Source: Bdellovibrionales bacterium (lineage in GTDB: Bacteria; Bdellovibrionota; Bdellovibrionia; Bdellovibrionales; JAGQZY01). From it: 64,000 nucleotides of DNA. Positions 37,715-46,779 of the stretch are shown piece by piece (the stretch's first letter is position 1; each line of letters begins with the position of its first letter). The stretch lies in contig JAYUQP010000018.1 of NCBI GenBank assembly GCA_043757265.1, forward strand, positions 27,620 to 91,619, given 5' to 3'. Under the pieces are notes generated by a model, which was not told where the DNA came from, did not search any database, and worked only from the letters and a program-made list of their open reading frames with translations. The translations under genes and the position numbers were made by a program.

Positions 37715-38890
37715 TTAAACCGGGGCGATCCAGTATTGGCTGACGCTGATTCGTTGCGCGCGGAACGCACCCTCGCAGTAGCTGAGATACAAATTCCATA
37801 GGCGAATAAATCGGTCGTCAAAACCCATGGCCCGTACATGCGGCAGAGCATTCATAAAATTCTCGCGCCATAACTTGAGCGTATGTGCATAATCCAAACC
37901 AAACTCATAGGAGTCGTATACAGCCAGTCCGTTTTGTTCACTCACCTTGGCAACAGCTTTGTCAGTCAAAAGCATTCCTCCCGGGAAAACCGATTGCTGA
38001 ATAAAATCTGTCCCTTTTTTGTAAGAGTAAAAAAGATCTTCGCGAATCGTGATTCCTTGAATGGCTGCCTTTCCTTTTTCTTTCAAAGATGATCGCATTT
38101 TTGAGAAAAAGGCATTCCAATACTGTTCGCCCACCGCTTCGATCATTTCGATGGAGACCACTTTGTCGTAGCGTCCAGAGATATCGCGGTAATCTTGTTG
38201 AATCACATTGACGTGGTCTTTCATGTTTAATTTTTCAATTCTCGTTTGGTTATAGCGGATCTGTTCCGGGGAATTTGCCACCGCCGTTACTTTGCAACCA
38301 GTACGCTCAATGGCACGGCTGAAAAACCCGCCCCAGCCACAACCAATTTCTAAAAGATGATCTCCTGATTTGATTTCTAAAGAATCAATAATCTGATCGT
38401 ACTTTTGGTTTTGCGCCTCTGCTAAACTCTGCTTCTCGTCTTTGAAAATTGCGGCTGAGTACGTCATGGATTGGTCGAGCCATAGACTATAAAACTCATT
38501 GCCTAAGTCGTAATGAGCCATAATATTCTTTTTCGCACCTTTGCGATTGTTGCGATTTAAAAAGTGGTGGACTTTCGAAGCGATGGTGCCGTACCACGAC
38601 CCGTAGATGACTTTAGCTAAATCTTGATCGTTGCGGCACGCCCACTCCACAAGCGCCGCCACATCATCAACCACCATAAGCTCGTCGACAATCGCCTCGG
38701 CCAAACCGATATCACCTTTGCTAAAAAGCAAATCGAGCGCCGTCCAATTTTTGAGATGCACATGAATGCGGGGCAAGCCTTCTCCGTACTGGTCGCGGCT
38801 CCCATCGGGCAATATTATGTCGAGTGTTCCATGCTTTGCGTTTTTGAGGACTTTGAGGAACATTTGTCCACGGAATGATGGGGCTTTCAT
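37715..38890 (-). CDS. cfa: Cyclopropane-fatty-acyl-phospholipid synthase family SAM-dependent methyltransferase
   Basis: 391 aa. SAM motif LLEIGCGWGGF and HYDLGNEFY upstream, with C-terminal YLSYCEGAF. These are classical CFA/mycolic acid methyltransferase motifs. Confidence 0.88.
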   Translation of the reverse strand: MKAPSFRGQMFLKVLKNAKHGTLDIILPDGSRDQYGEGLPRIHVHLKNWTALDLLFSKGDIGLAEAIVDELMVVDDVAALVEWACRNDQDLAKVIYGSWYGTIASKVHHFLNRNNRKGAKKNIMAHYDLGNEFYSLWLDQSMTYSAAIFKDEKQSLAEAQNQKYDQIIDSLEIKSGDHLLEIGCGWGGFFSRAIERTGCKVTAVANSPEQIRYNQTRIEKLNMKDHVNVIQQDYRDISGRYDKVVSIEMIEAVGEQYWNAFFSKMRSSLKEKGKAAIQGITIREDLFYSYKKGTDFIQQSVFPGGMLLTDKAVAKVSEQNGLAVYDSYEFGLDYAHTLKLWRENFMNALPHVRAMGFDDRFIRLWNLYLSYCEGAFRAQRISVSQYWIAPV

Positions 38891-39636
38891 TTTGTGACCT
38901 CCTTATGAGGTGGTGAAGGTTTAGAGTGAAAACGAATTCTACGAATCCATAATTTAAATGCTTGGTAATGTATTCGGAGAACCACCAAAGGCGTAATCCA
39001 TCCGTATTTGAAAAAAAGACTAAAAAAACCGTGCTGAGCAAGCGGCGTGAGATTGCCATTTACCCACGTCGCGAGACGAATTGATCCATTTGGATTGTAG
39101 TAGTTGATGTCGATTTTTATGCGACTTGGGCAAAACTGAAAACGAAATTTGTAAAATCCATCCACCGGGAAAAATGGCGACACATGAAATACTTTTTCTG
39201 AAGTATACCATTCAGAATCCGAAATACCTTGCGGAGGATTGATAAAATAAAAGTGACGTTCGCCAAAAGTGTTGTGAACTTCTACTAAAATAGCGTCGAG
39301 CTTAAAGTTTTTATAACAACACCAAAAAGTTACCGGATTGAATGCATAGCCAAACATACGCGGCATTGAATAAAGCCAAATTTTCTCGGGCTCGTAGCTG
39401 CATTGAACTCTGAGGAAGTCTTTAGCCGCCGTCGCGAGCGGTTGAGACGTTTGATTGAGATAATCTTCCGTTTTGAATGAAAGCAGACCAAAAAACTTTT
39501 TGCGTAAAACATTTAAAAAGTCGTTTTCCTTTTCACAATCAACGAAAACAAAAAAAGTAGGATAGCGAAATTTCGACTTAATGCCCTCTTTGCGGCTATG
39601 GTAAACAAAACCTTGGCTAAGCTTTAGACTACTCAT
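38887..39636 (-). CDS. DUF1365 family protein
   Basis: 249 aa. The N-terminus GFVYHSRKEGIKSKFRYPTFFVFVD fits the DUF1365 G-x-V-x-H-x-R...F-x-Y pattern. ATGA overlap with cfa, and an 8-nt overlap with the upstream flavoprotein gene. Confidence 0.8.
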   Translation of the reverse strand: MSSLKLSQGFVYHSRKEGIKSKFRYPTFFVFVDCEKENDFLNVLRKKFFGLLSFKTEDYLNQTSQPLATAAKDFLRVQCSYEPEKIWLYSMPRMFGYAFNPVTFWCCYKNFKLDAILVEVHNTFGERHFYFINPPQGISDSEWYTSEKVFHVSPFFPVDGFYKFRFQFCPSRIKIDINYYNPNGSIRLATWVNGNLTPLAQHGFFSLFFKYGWITPLVVLRIHYQAFKLWIRRIRFHSKPSPPHKEVTK

Positions 39637-40888
39637 TCGTCACCGTCCACGGAGTTGTAACCCCGAGCATCTCAGCCACCTGAACAGCGCTCAATAATCC
39701 GTCCTCGTGAAATCCATAACGGGTCCATGCCCCGGCATAATATACTCCACCATTTCCTTGAATTGAAGGCAGAAGGCGCTGAGCGCGAATAGCGGCTTGG
39801 TTAAACTGTGGATGCGAATAATCAATCTCACGCTGATAATCTTTTATTTCCGTTGCGGGGTTTAAGGTCAAAAAATAATCTTTCTTGCTCGGCAGCTTCT
39901 GCAGCTCATTCAGATGGTAGGTTAAGGAGACTTTGCTGCTTTCGCCACTGGCATCTCCATAAACGTTCCATGCAGACCAGCAGCGTTTTGTCCGTGGCAT
40001 TAATTCTTCGCGGTTGTGCAGGTAAGCCTTATTCGCCTCGTAGCAAATGGCCGAAAGGACGTTTTTCTCCTCAGCAGATTGATCCTTGAGAATCTTTGCG
40101 GTGATCGGCGCGTGAGTGGCAAGAACAACGCGGTCGAATTCGAAAGATTCCCTCGGAGTTTTTAAAAACACTTTGTTAACTGCTCGTTGAACATCGACGA
40201 CCGGAGACGATAGATGAATGTGTTTAATTTGCGCTGAGGCTTTTTTAACGTACTCAATACTTCCATTTTTTACAGTTCTCCAAACGGGGCGGTTGTTTAC
40301 TTGCAAAAGTTTATGGTTGATAAAGAAGGTTAAAAATGTGGACGCCGGAAACTCAAGCATCTTGTTTTCTGGCGTCGACCAAATGGCAGCACCAATCGGC
40401 AGAAGATAATCTGTTTTAAACACGTCCGAATATTTTCGAGCCTTTAGCATTTCACCCAGCGTCCAGGCATGGCGAAGCGCCGATTGGCGGTTCGTCTCAG
40501 CCTCTTTTCCGAAGCGCAAGATTTCTAAAAGCATTTTATAAAAACTGAGTTTAAATAAATTTTTTCGCTGGCCAAAAATCGTATTTAAATTTCCGCCACT
40601 CCACTCGAGATTTTTTTGCAAAACCTGAATGGATAGTGACATGCTTGAGTCTATGGTTTCAACATTGAGATGTTTGAAAAATTGTGTGAGGTGTGGATAC
40701 GTCAATTCGTTGTAAACCAAAAAACCGGTATCCATGGGTATGCTTCGTTCAGATTCGTTCATCTCAACTGTATGGGCATGTCCGCCGAGGCGAGAATCCG
40801 ACTCAAAAAGATGCACTTCGTGTTGCTTTGAAAGGAGCCATGCTGCGCCTATTCCGCTTATGCCTGAGCCAACCACTGCTATTTTCAT
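39629..40888 (-). CDS. FAD-dependent oxidoreductase (amine-oxidase / phytoene-desaturase-like)
   Basis: 419 aa. Dinucleotide-binding N-terminus MKIAVVGSGISGIGAAWLL...LFESDSRLGGH. It is the first gene of the three-gene operon. Confidence 0.85.
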   Translation of the reverse strand: MKIAVVGSGISGIGAAWLLSKQHEVHLFESDSRLGGHAHTVEMNESERSIPMDTGFLVYNELTYPHLTQFFKHLNVETIDSSMSLSIQVLQKNLEWSGGNLNTIFGQRKNLFKLSFYKMLLEILRFGKEAETNRQSALRHAWTLGEMLKARKYSDVFKTDYLLPIGAAIWSTPENKMLEFPASTFLTFFINHKLLQVNNRPVWRTVKNGSIEYVKKASAQIKHIHLSSPVVDVQRAVNKVFLKTPRESFEFDRVVLATHAPITAKILKDQSAEEKNVLSAICYEANKAYLHNREELMPRTKRCWSAWNVYGDASGESSKVSLTYHLNELQKLPSKKDYFLTLNPATEIKDYQREIDYSHPQFNQAAIRAQRLLPSIQGNGGVYYAGAWTRYGFHEDGLLSAVQVAEMLGVTTPWTVTNE

Positions 40889-40969
40889 GGTTTTATTCCA
40901 TTCGTATTAATGTCACACATGCTGACATTAAATCATTGATCTTTTAAAAGAGGAAGTGCAAAATAACTT

Positions 40970-41593
40970 ATGGCTCAGATTAAGAAAAGTATAAACGAAT
41001 GCACAACAACGAAACGAAAGTATAATAATTCGTCACGGGCCGAAAAATCGACGCAAACTCAGAAGGCTATTATCGAAGCATTGATCGAACTACTGGTCGA
41101 ACGTCGAGGCGGCGATGTGCAGCTTCAGGATGTGGCAAAAAGAATCGGAATCACTCAACGAACTATCTTTCGCTTTTTCAAAGATAAAAAAACACTGCAT
41201 GAAGCGATGGATACCTACCTTTTGGGTTACCTTCAATCGAGCACCGAGCAGATGGAAACACTTAGCTTTATCGGCTTTGCAAAAAACGCCTTTAAACTTT
41301 TTGATCATCATGAATCTCTCACCATGGCTTATGTTCTTTCGCCTTTTGGTCAAGAAGCCCGAGCGTTGCTACGAAAAAAATTAACGCATTTAATGATTGC
41401 GCGGATTGCTGCCGAGAAAAAAATCAATATGAATCCACAGATTTTAAAACGCTTAGCTCTTGTGACCTGTTTAGTGAATGCAAAAATTTGGTATGATCTG
41501 CGTGAAGATTTTGGATTCAACGGCGAAGAAATGGGCGAAGCCGTTGATTGGGCCCTGCAAAAACTAATACATAGCTGCGAGGAAAACATATGA
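40970..41593 (+). CDS. TetR/AcrR family transcriptional regulator
   Basis: 207 aa. N-terminal HTH LQDVAKRIGITQRTIFRFFKDKKTL. Divergent from the flavoprotein-DUF1365-cfa operon. Confidence 0.85.
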   Translation: MAQIKKSINECTTTKRKYNNSSRAEKSTQTQKAIIEALIELLVERRGGDVQLQDVAKRIGITQRTIFRFFKDKKTLHEAMDTYLLGYLQSSTEQMETLSFIGFAKNAFKLFDHHESLTMAYVLSPFGQEARALLRKKLTHLMIARIAAEKKINMNPQILKRLALVTCLVNAKIWYDLREDFGFNGEEMGEAVDWALQKLIHSCEENI

Positions 41594-42396
41594 TACGAAG
41601 AAATTTTTTGATTTTGACTTTGGTGCTCTCTGCTGGCATTTTTTTTGGCTGCGCGAGTCTTTTACATGCGAACAGGTATGATGTAAAAAAAGACGTCGCG
41701 TTCAAGACCGTCGAGGGTTTAACTCTAACAGCTGATTTGTACATTCCCAAACAAGGAAATAATCGTCCTGCAGTGGTGGTGGTTCACGGTGGATCGTGGG
41801 CGAAACGCAGCGGCGATATGGAAAGTCTCTGCAAAGATCTTGCTGCTGAGGGATTCGTTGCAATGAACGTGACGTATCGACTTGCTCCGCAGAACCTATA
41901 CCCAAAGGCTTTGGATGACGTGCGTGATGCTGTCACATGGCTCAAAAATAATTCACCCCGACTGAAGGTGGATGCAAAAAATATCTCGATTTGGGGTTAT
42001 TCCTCGGGCGCTCACCTGTCATTGCTCACAAGCCTGGATGGCACTCTCGGCATCAAGGCTGTCGTAGCTGGTGGAACGCCAGCGAATCTGACAGCGTGGC
42101 CCAACTCGCCGCTCGTGAAAACATTTTTGGGCGCAACCTACGCGGAGGCTCCGCAACTTTGGGAAAAGGCTTCGCCCGTGTTCAACGTGACCGATAATTC
42201 GCCGCCAGTCTTTTTATATCACGGCGCCTGGGACAGCCTTGTTGAACCTGAACAAATGGACATGATGGCTGAAGCATTGCGGAAAAAGAATCGCGAAGTA
42301 ACAACCTACCGCGCGCCGTTTTTTGGCCATATCGCAGTTTACTTATTCAGCTTCTCGTCCGTAAATCAGGGAATCGAATTCATCAAAGCGCACTAA
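41590..42396 (+). CDS. Alpha/beta hydrolase lipoprotein (esterase/lipase-like)
   Basis: 268 aa with lipobox FFGC. Oxyanion-region VVVHGGSW and nucleophile elbow GYSSGAH (GxSxG). ATGA overlap with the TetR gene. Confidence 0.8.
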   Translation: MIRRNFLILTLVLSAGIFFGCASLLHANRYDVKKDVAFKTVEGLTLTADLYIPKQGNNRPAVVVVHGGSWAKRSGDMESLCKDLAAEGFVAMNVTYRLAPQNLYPKALDDVRDAVTWLKNNSPRLKVDAKNISIWGYSSGAHLSLLTSLDGTLGIKAVVAGGTPANLTAWPNSPLVKTFLGATYAEAPQLWEKASPVFNVTDNSPPVFLYHGAWDSLVEPEQMDMMAEALRKKNREVTTYRAPFFGHIAVYLFSFSSVNQGIEFIKAH

Positions 42397-42589
42397 GGTA
42401 CGGAAAGACTTTTGGAACTCCGTTTGTTGGACTTCTAAATTTGAAATCGTTCTTTTGATGAGAAGATCCTCCTTGGCTCATTTGCTTTCGTTCCACGATC
42501 GTATCTCGGACAATCCGGTGCCAGGTTCTGTTTGTGTCCGGAGACGTGGTGCCCGGACACAAACAGGACCTGGCACCGGATTGTCCGGA
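42395..42589. repeat. 195-bp intergenic element related to 37522..37712 (same 5' end and same inner hairpin family)
   Basis: It starts aaggtacggaaagacttttggaactc (compare aaggtacggacacacttttgggactc). It contains a 35-bp stem: cggacaatccggtgccaggttctgtttgtgtccgg pairs with ccggacacaaacaggacctggcaccggattgtccg. It lies between the convergent hydrolase and ftsI stops. Confidence 0.85.
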
Positions 42590-42590
42590 G

Positions 42591-44507
42591 TCATTCTAAA
42601 TAGACTTTAAGTTTTTTGTCGTCAGTCCATGCTTCGCCGACGGCGGGAGATGTTTTAACGACGCGGCCTTTGCGGCCCACGAGATTTAAATCCACTTTTT
42701 CTTTTTGTACGAAGCGAAGCACATCGCGAAGGGCCCAGCCTTTCATCTCCGGAACAAAACCTTCGCCCTCGGCGCCTGCGAGAACTTCATGAACTTCTGT
42801 GCGTGGCTTAATCAAGTCCTCCACTGCAAACTGCACTGGCGCGAGACCTCGCTTGTTAATTGCATAATGGGCAATCTTTGCAAAAATCGGAGCTGCAGTT
42901 TCTGCCCCGTAGTATCCGTTATTCCTGGGATTATCCACCACGACATAAATTAAAAATTCGGGATCATTGGCAGGTAAAAATCCTATGAAACTCGAGATGT
43001 ACTGTCCCTTCAAATATCCCCGGCCATTGGGATCTACTTTTTGCGCAGTCCCCGTCTTACCTGCAACTGGGAATCCCCGCACGCGGGCCGATTTACCGGT
43101 GGCTGTTTCGGCAGTGGCCGCGACAAGCATCATTTTAACTCTCTCAGCTTCCTTTTCCGAAAGAACACGGCCGAGAGTGCGCTCCTGCGCGGCTTTTCCA
43201 TCTAAGATTTCTTTTTGCGATTTGACTAAAATCGGTCGCTGCAAAACTCCCTTATTAGCAATGGCGGCGTAGGCATTTGCCATTTGCAAAGCTGTTACGG
43301 CCACACCGTGACCAAAAGAGATATTCGCCTTATGATGATCGCGCCATGGAGGAGTTAGTAAAATTCCTTTAGACTCCCCTGGCAAATCAATACCGGTTTT
43401 TTCGCCGAAACCAAATTTTTTATATTCGCTAAAAATTTGTTGATCTTTCATCTTCAGCGAAATTTTCGAAATACCAACATTGGACGAGTTTGCTAAAACT
43501 TCGGTGGTAGAAAGTTTTTCGTAAGTATGTTGCGCATCAGATTCGCGAATCATTCGCTTATCGATTTCGATCTGCCCGGTAGATGTATCAATCACCGAAT
43601 TGCCTTGGATGATTCCGTTTTTAAGAGCGGCGGCCAAGAACATGGTCTTCATGGTGCTGCCGGGTTCGTAAACATCAGTCGAAATACGATTTCGTCGAGA
43701 CTCTTTACTGGCACCGCCCGCATTGTTAATATCAAAGTCAGGAAGCGAAGCCATAGTCAGGATCTCACCCGTTTTCGGGCTCATAACCACGGCCCATGCG
43801 GCCTCGGCATTATGATGCAAGATTGCCTTTTTGAGTTCTTGCTCGGTGTAGTACTGCAAATCGGCGTCGATGGTTAAATACACATCTTCACCGTCCCGAT
43901 TTTGCATAAACAGCCAACCGTCTTCAACGAGAAATCGGCCGCGCGCATCTTTTGGTAAGTTCATCACTTTTTCTTCGGCACTTAAGCGCGCATCATAGCG
44001 TGCTTCGATACCCTCAAGACCGTGTCCGTCCGCTCCCACAAAACCAATGGTGTGCGCCATAAGATTTTTGTTCGGGTAAACACGTTTGAATTCATCTTTG
44101 AAGCCTAGGCCTTTTTCGTTGAGCGCTAAAATTTTCTTTTTCGTATTTTCGTCGAGCAAACGTTGCATCCAAACAAAACGCGAGTTTTTTTTAGTTAATT
44201 TTTTATAAATAGTTTTTTGCGAGAGTGGAAGAATCTGCGACATTTTTTTTGCCAAGCGCCGCGGCGTTTTAATTAAGAGCGGGTCGGCAAAGAGCGAGGA
44301 TGAAGGCACCGAGATTGCAAGTTCTTGGCCGTTCCGATCAAAGATGTCTCCCCGCTTGGAATAAAGCTTTACGATTCTTTGATATTGTTTTTGGCTGGCG
44401 AGATCCAAATTATGACTAGGATACAACTGAATTTGCAAACCGCGAAAAACTAGTAATGACCAGATTGCGAAAAACCAGATGAGGAGAATAGATAAACGAT
44501 GCTTCAT
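42591..44507 (-). CDS. ftsI: Peptidoglycan D,D-transpeptidase FtsI (class B PBP) with a C-terminal PASTA domain
   Basis: 638 aa with an N-terminal TM. Motifs STMK (GSTMKT), SSN (NSSNVG) and KTGT (GKTGTAQ). The last ~60 aa (VPEMKGWALRDVLRFV...GRVVKTSPAVG) look like a PASTA domain. Confidence 0.93.
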   Translation of the reverse strand: MKHRLSILLIWFFAIWSLLVFRGLQIQLYPSHNLDLASQKQYQRIVKLYSKRGDIFDRNGQELAISVPSSSLFADPLLIKTPRRLAKKMSQILPLSQKTIYKKLTKKNSRFVWMQRLLDENTKKKILALNEKGLGFKDEFKRVYPNKNLMAHTIGFVGADGHGLEGIEARYDARLSAEEKVMNLPKDARGRFLVEDGWLFMQNRDGEDVYLTIDADLQYYTEQELKKAILHHNAEAAWAVVMSPKTGEILTMASLPDFDINNAGGASKESRRNRISTDVYEPGSTMKTMFLAAALKNGIIQGNSVIDTSTGQIEIDKRMIRESDAQHTYEKLSTTEVLANSSNVGISKISLKMKDQQIFSEYKKFGFGEKTGIDLPGESKGILLTPPWRDHHKANISFGHGVAVTALQMANAYAAIANKGVLQRPILVKSQKEILDGKAAQERTLGRVLSEKEAERVKMMLVAATAETATGKSARVRGFPVAGKTGTAQKVDPNGRGYLKGQYISSFIGFLPANDPEFLIYVVVDNPRNNGYYGAETAAPIFAKIAHYAINKRGLAPVQFAVEDLIKPRTEVHEVLAGAEGEGFVPEMKGWALRDVLRFVQKEKVDLNLVGRKGRVVKTSPAVGEAWTDDKKLKVYLE

Positions 44508-44510
44508 ACT

Positions 44511-44807
44511 CTACTTTACAGCGACAGTGCCTTGGCCGGCCACACGAATAATTTGTCCCTGTTTTGCGTTTTGAAAAGTGAGTTGTGTGGTGGCAATTTT
44601 TCGGACGCGCTCGGGGCTTGTCATCTTGGCTAAGCTCACCATACCAAGGCGCTGCCTTTGAGTAGCGCGCTTCTCTTTTTCGGCGAGATCCAACAGAACA
44701 TATCCCATCCGACGATTTTCCATTTTTACGTAAACGATTGCAAAGAGTGACAACAGAAGAATAAAAACGCTCACAAACGGTTTTATATTTTCACTCATTT
44801 TTTTCAT
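44511..44807 (-). CDS. ftsL: Cell division protein FtsL-like
   Basis: Small bitopic protein (TM FVSVFILLLSLFAIVYV) between rsmH and ftsI. I chose the ATG at 44807 because GGAGG lies 5 nt upstream. This start overlaps rsmH by 17 nt. Confidence 0.7.
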   Translation of the reverse strand: MKKMSENIKPFVSVFILLLSLFAIVYVKMENRRMGYVLLDLAEKEKRATQRQRLGMVSLAKMTSPERVRKIATTQLTFQNAKQGQIIRVAGQGTVAVK

Positions 44808-45687
44808 CCGACCTCCGTAAAAATCCGCGTAACTTCGCACTCCGAGATCGAGGATTCAACTTCTGCTCCTCATCGCTGGCGACAATTACCTTCTTATTAA
44901 TACGATACCCGAACTCTTCATGATCCTTAAAGATATTTTTAGCAATCCGATCCTCCAGCGAGTGAAACGTCATCACCACGAGCACTCCGCCCGGGACTAA
45001 AGCCTGGATCATGCGCGGCAAACTCTCTCGCACACTCTCGAGCTCCTGATTGACTCGCAACCGAAGTCCCAAAAAATACTGAGTGGCTGGGTGTTTGCCT
45101 TTCTGTCGCCAGCCCTCAATACGCTCAATCAAGCCCGCAAGTTGAAGTGTGGTTGTAAATGGCTTCGTTTGTCGGTCAAATAAGATGGCGCGAATCACGC
45201 GATACGGGCTATGAACTTCGCCGTAATTTTTAAAAATATCGATGAGGTCCTCCTCATCCCATTCGTTGATCATGGTAGCCGCGGAAATTTTCTGATTTTG
45301 GTTCATCCGCATGTCTAAAGGTCCATTGTGATAAAAGCTAAAGCCGCGCTCAGGATTATCAAGTTGGGGCGAACTCACTCCAAGATCTAGTAACATCAAA
45401 TCGAACAGCTCCTGATTTTGTTCGGTGAATTTCGCAAACGTTCCATGGAACATGGTGAGGCGTTTTGGAAATAGCGGCTCGATGATCTTTTCGCCGTGTT
45501 CGATGGCCGTTAAATCCTGATCCACCCCCACAACGTGCAGATTTGGAAATTTTCGCAACAGTTCCGAGGTATGACCCCCGCGCCCGAAGGTGCCATCGAG
45601 CATTTTGCGTGGATCTGGTGGCCCGGCCTTAAACAGTTCGATAATTTCATTTAACATGACGGGAACGTGCAAATTGGATTCTGACAT
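44791..45687 (-). CDS. rsmH: 16S rRNA (cytosine1402-N4)-methyltransferase
   Basis: 298 aa. HVPVML N-terminus, DGTFGRGGHT, DLGVSSPQLD and FHSLEDR motifs. Confidence 0.95.
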   Translation of the reverse strand: MSESNLHVPVMLNEIIELFKAGPPDPRKMLDGTFGRGGHTSELLRKFPNLHVVGVDQDLTAIEHGEKIIEPLFPKRLTMFHGTFAKFTEQNQELFDLMLLDLGVSSPQLDNPERGFSFYHNGPLDMRMNQNQKISAATMINEWDEEDLIDIFKNYGEVHSPYRVIRAILFDRQTKPFTTTLQLAGLIERIEGWRQKGKHPATQYFLGLRLRVNQELESVRESLPRMIQALVPGGVLVVMTFHSLEDRIAKNIFKDHEEFGYRINKKVIVASDEEQKLNPRSRSAKLRGFLRRSDEKNE

Positions 45688-45825
45688 TTTTTGATTTTAC
45701 GCTCGCTTACAAACGAAGTCAGTTAGACCATAGGCGAGGAGCGTCAACTCTCTTTAGCCCATCACAAAACAGTATGTTAGTCTGTTTTTAGGGCTTGTTT
45801 TCATTTTGCCATAGTAAGGATCTTT

Positions 45826-46761
45826 ATGATTAAGTGTCCAAAATGCGACTTTGAACAGCCAGAAGATATCTATTGCGCCCAATGCGGCGTTAATATGAAA
45901 AATTTTGTGCCGCCAAAAAAATCCCTTATTATTTCCCTATTCACAAATCAAGCCTTGGTGGTTGGCATTTTATTTTTGGGCATTATCATCTTTGTTTTGT
46001 ATGACTATGCACTTTCTAAAAAGCCAAAAGCCGCAACTGTGGCTACATTTACCAAGCAAACTAGTGAGCGAATCGAAGGTCCCGAATCCGAGACTCCTTC
46101 CAGCTATAAACCACAGATCGAACCCCAACAGACGCAACCGACGGAAGCACCTGTAACAGAGAGCCAACCCACCCCGGCAGCGCGTAGCGTTCGAGAAGCT
46201 CCCGCAGCCGCTACTGTTGCTACAAAATCGGCCTTACAGGTTTCGTTCTATCAAATCTCGCGAAGCCTCCTTGCTGAAATCCAAAAAGAAACCAACGCAA
46301 GCCCGTTTAATGGGGACGGTTTCGGTGGAGTTGTTTCTAAAAAGCGACTGGCGGCTCTGCGAAAAAATCCCGATTTAAAATCCATTTCCACCAATCGCTA
46401 CAAGCTCGATGGACTTCCGATAAGTATCTTTAAAGGACAAAAAAGCGGAGAGTCCGCAAAGAGCATTGGACTTTATTTTCAGATAAACCCTTTAAAAAAT
46501 GACACCACTTCCACGCAGATCGAAGTGAAAAGTTGGGGCAGTCTAAAGATGCAAGAAAACGATGAAAATCTCTTTACTAGCGAAATGACCCTCAACAGCC
46601 ATTATGCGGCGATGATTGCAGGATTTTTGCCAAAAGATAAGGTTTTTGGCGACGAAGAGAAATCAATTTTCGAGTCTGATCGCGCGCTTAAGATTTACAA
46701 CATGGAAGACTTTTGGAACGGTGAAGTTGATTTAATCATGTTTGTTGAACTTCCGGATTGA
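45826..46761 (+). CDS. Zinc-ribbon membrane protein with a Pro/Thr-rich linker, unknown function
   Basis: 311 aa. N-terminal CPKCDF...CAQCG zinc ribbon, one TM, a P/T/Q-rich linker and a ~170-aa C-terminal domain. Divergent from rsmH. Confidence 0.6.
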   Translation: MIKCPKCDFEQPEDIYCAQCGVNMKNFVPPKKSLIISLFTNQALVVGILFLGIIIFVLYDYALSKKPKAATVATFTKQTSERIEGPESETPSSYKPQIEPQQTQPTEAPVTESQPTPAARSVREAPAAATVATKSALQVSFYQISRSLLAEIQKETNASPFNGDGFGGVVSKKRLAALRKNPDLKSISTNRYKLDGLPISIFKGQKSGESAKSIGLYFQINPLKNDTTSTQIEVKSWGSLKMQENDENLFTSEMTLNSHYAAMIAGFLPKDKVFGDEEKSIFESDRALKIYNMEDFWNGEVDLIMFVELPD

Positions 46762-46779
46762 GCAAGATATAACGCCTCC

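Noticed and set aside
37593-37801. 68-aa ORFs on both strands across the 37.5-kb palindromic element
   Set aside because: These are mirror-image ORFs generated by the inverted repeat, and they overlap the 3' end of cfa.
33571-42590. Calling island C (or islands A and B) a mobile genomic island or integrative element
   Set aside because: I found no integrase, transposase, tRNA target or clear direct-repeat att sites. Only palindromic repeats flank a sub-block. I cannot compute compositional deviation here, so mobility stays a hypothesis in the findings, not a feature.
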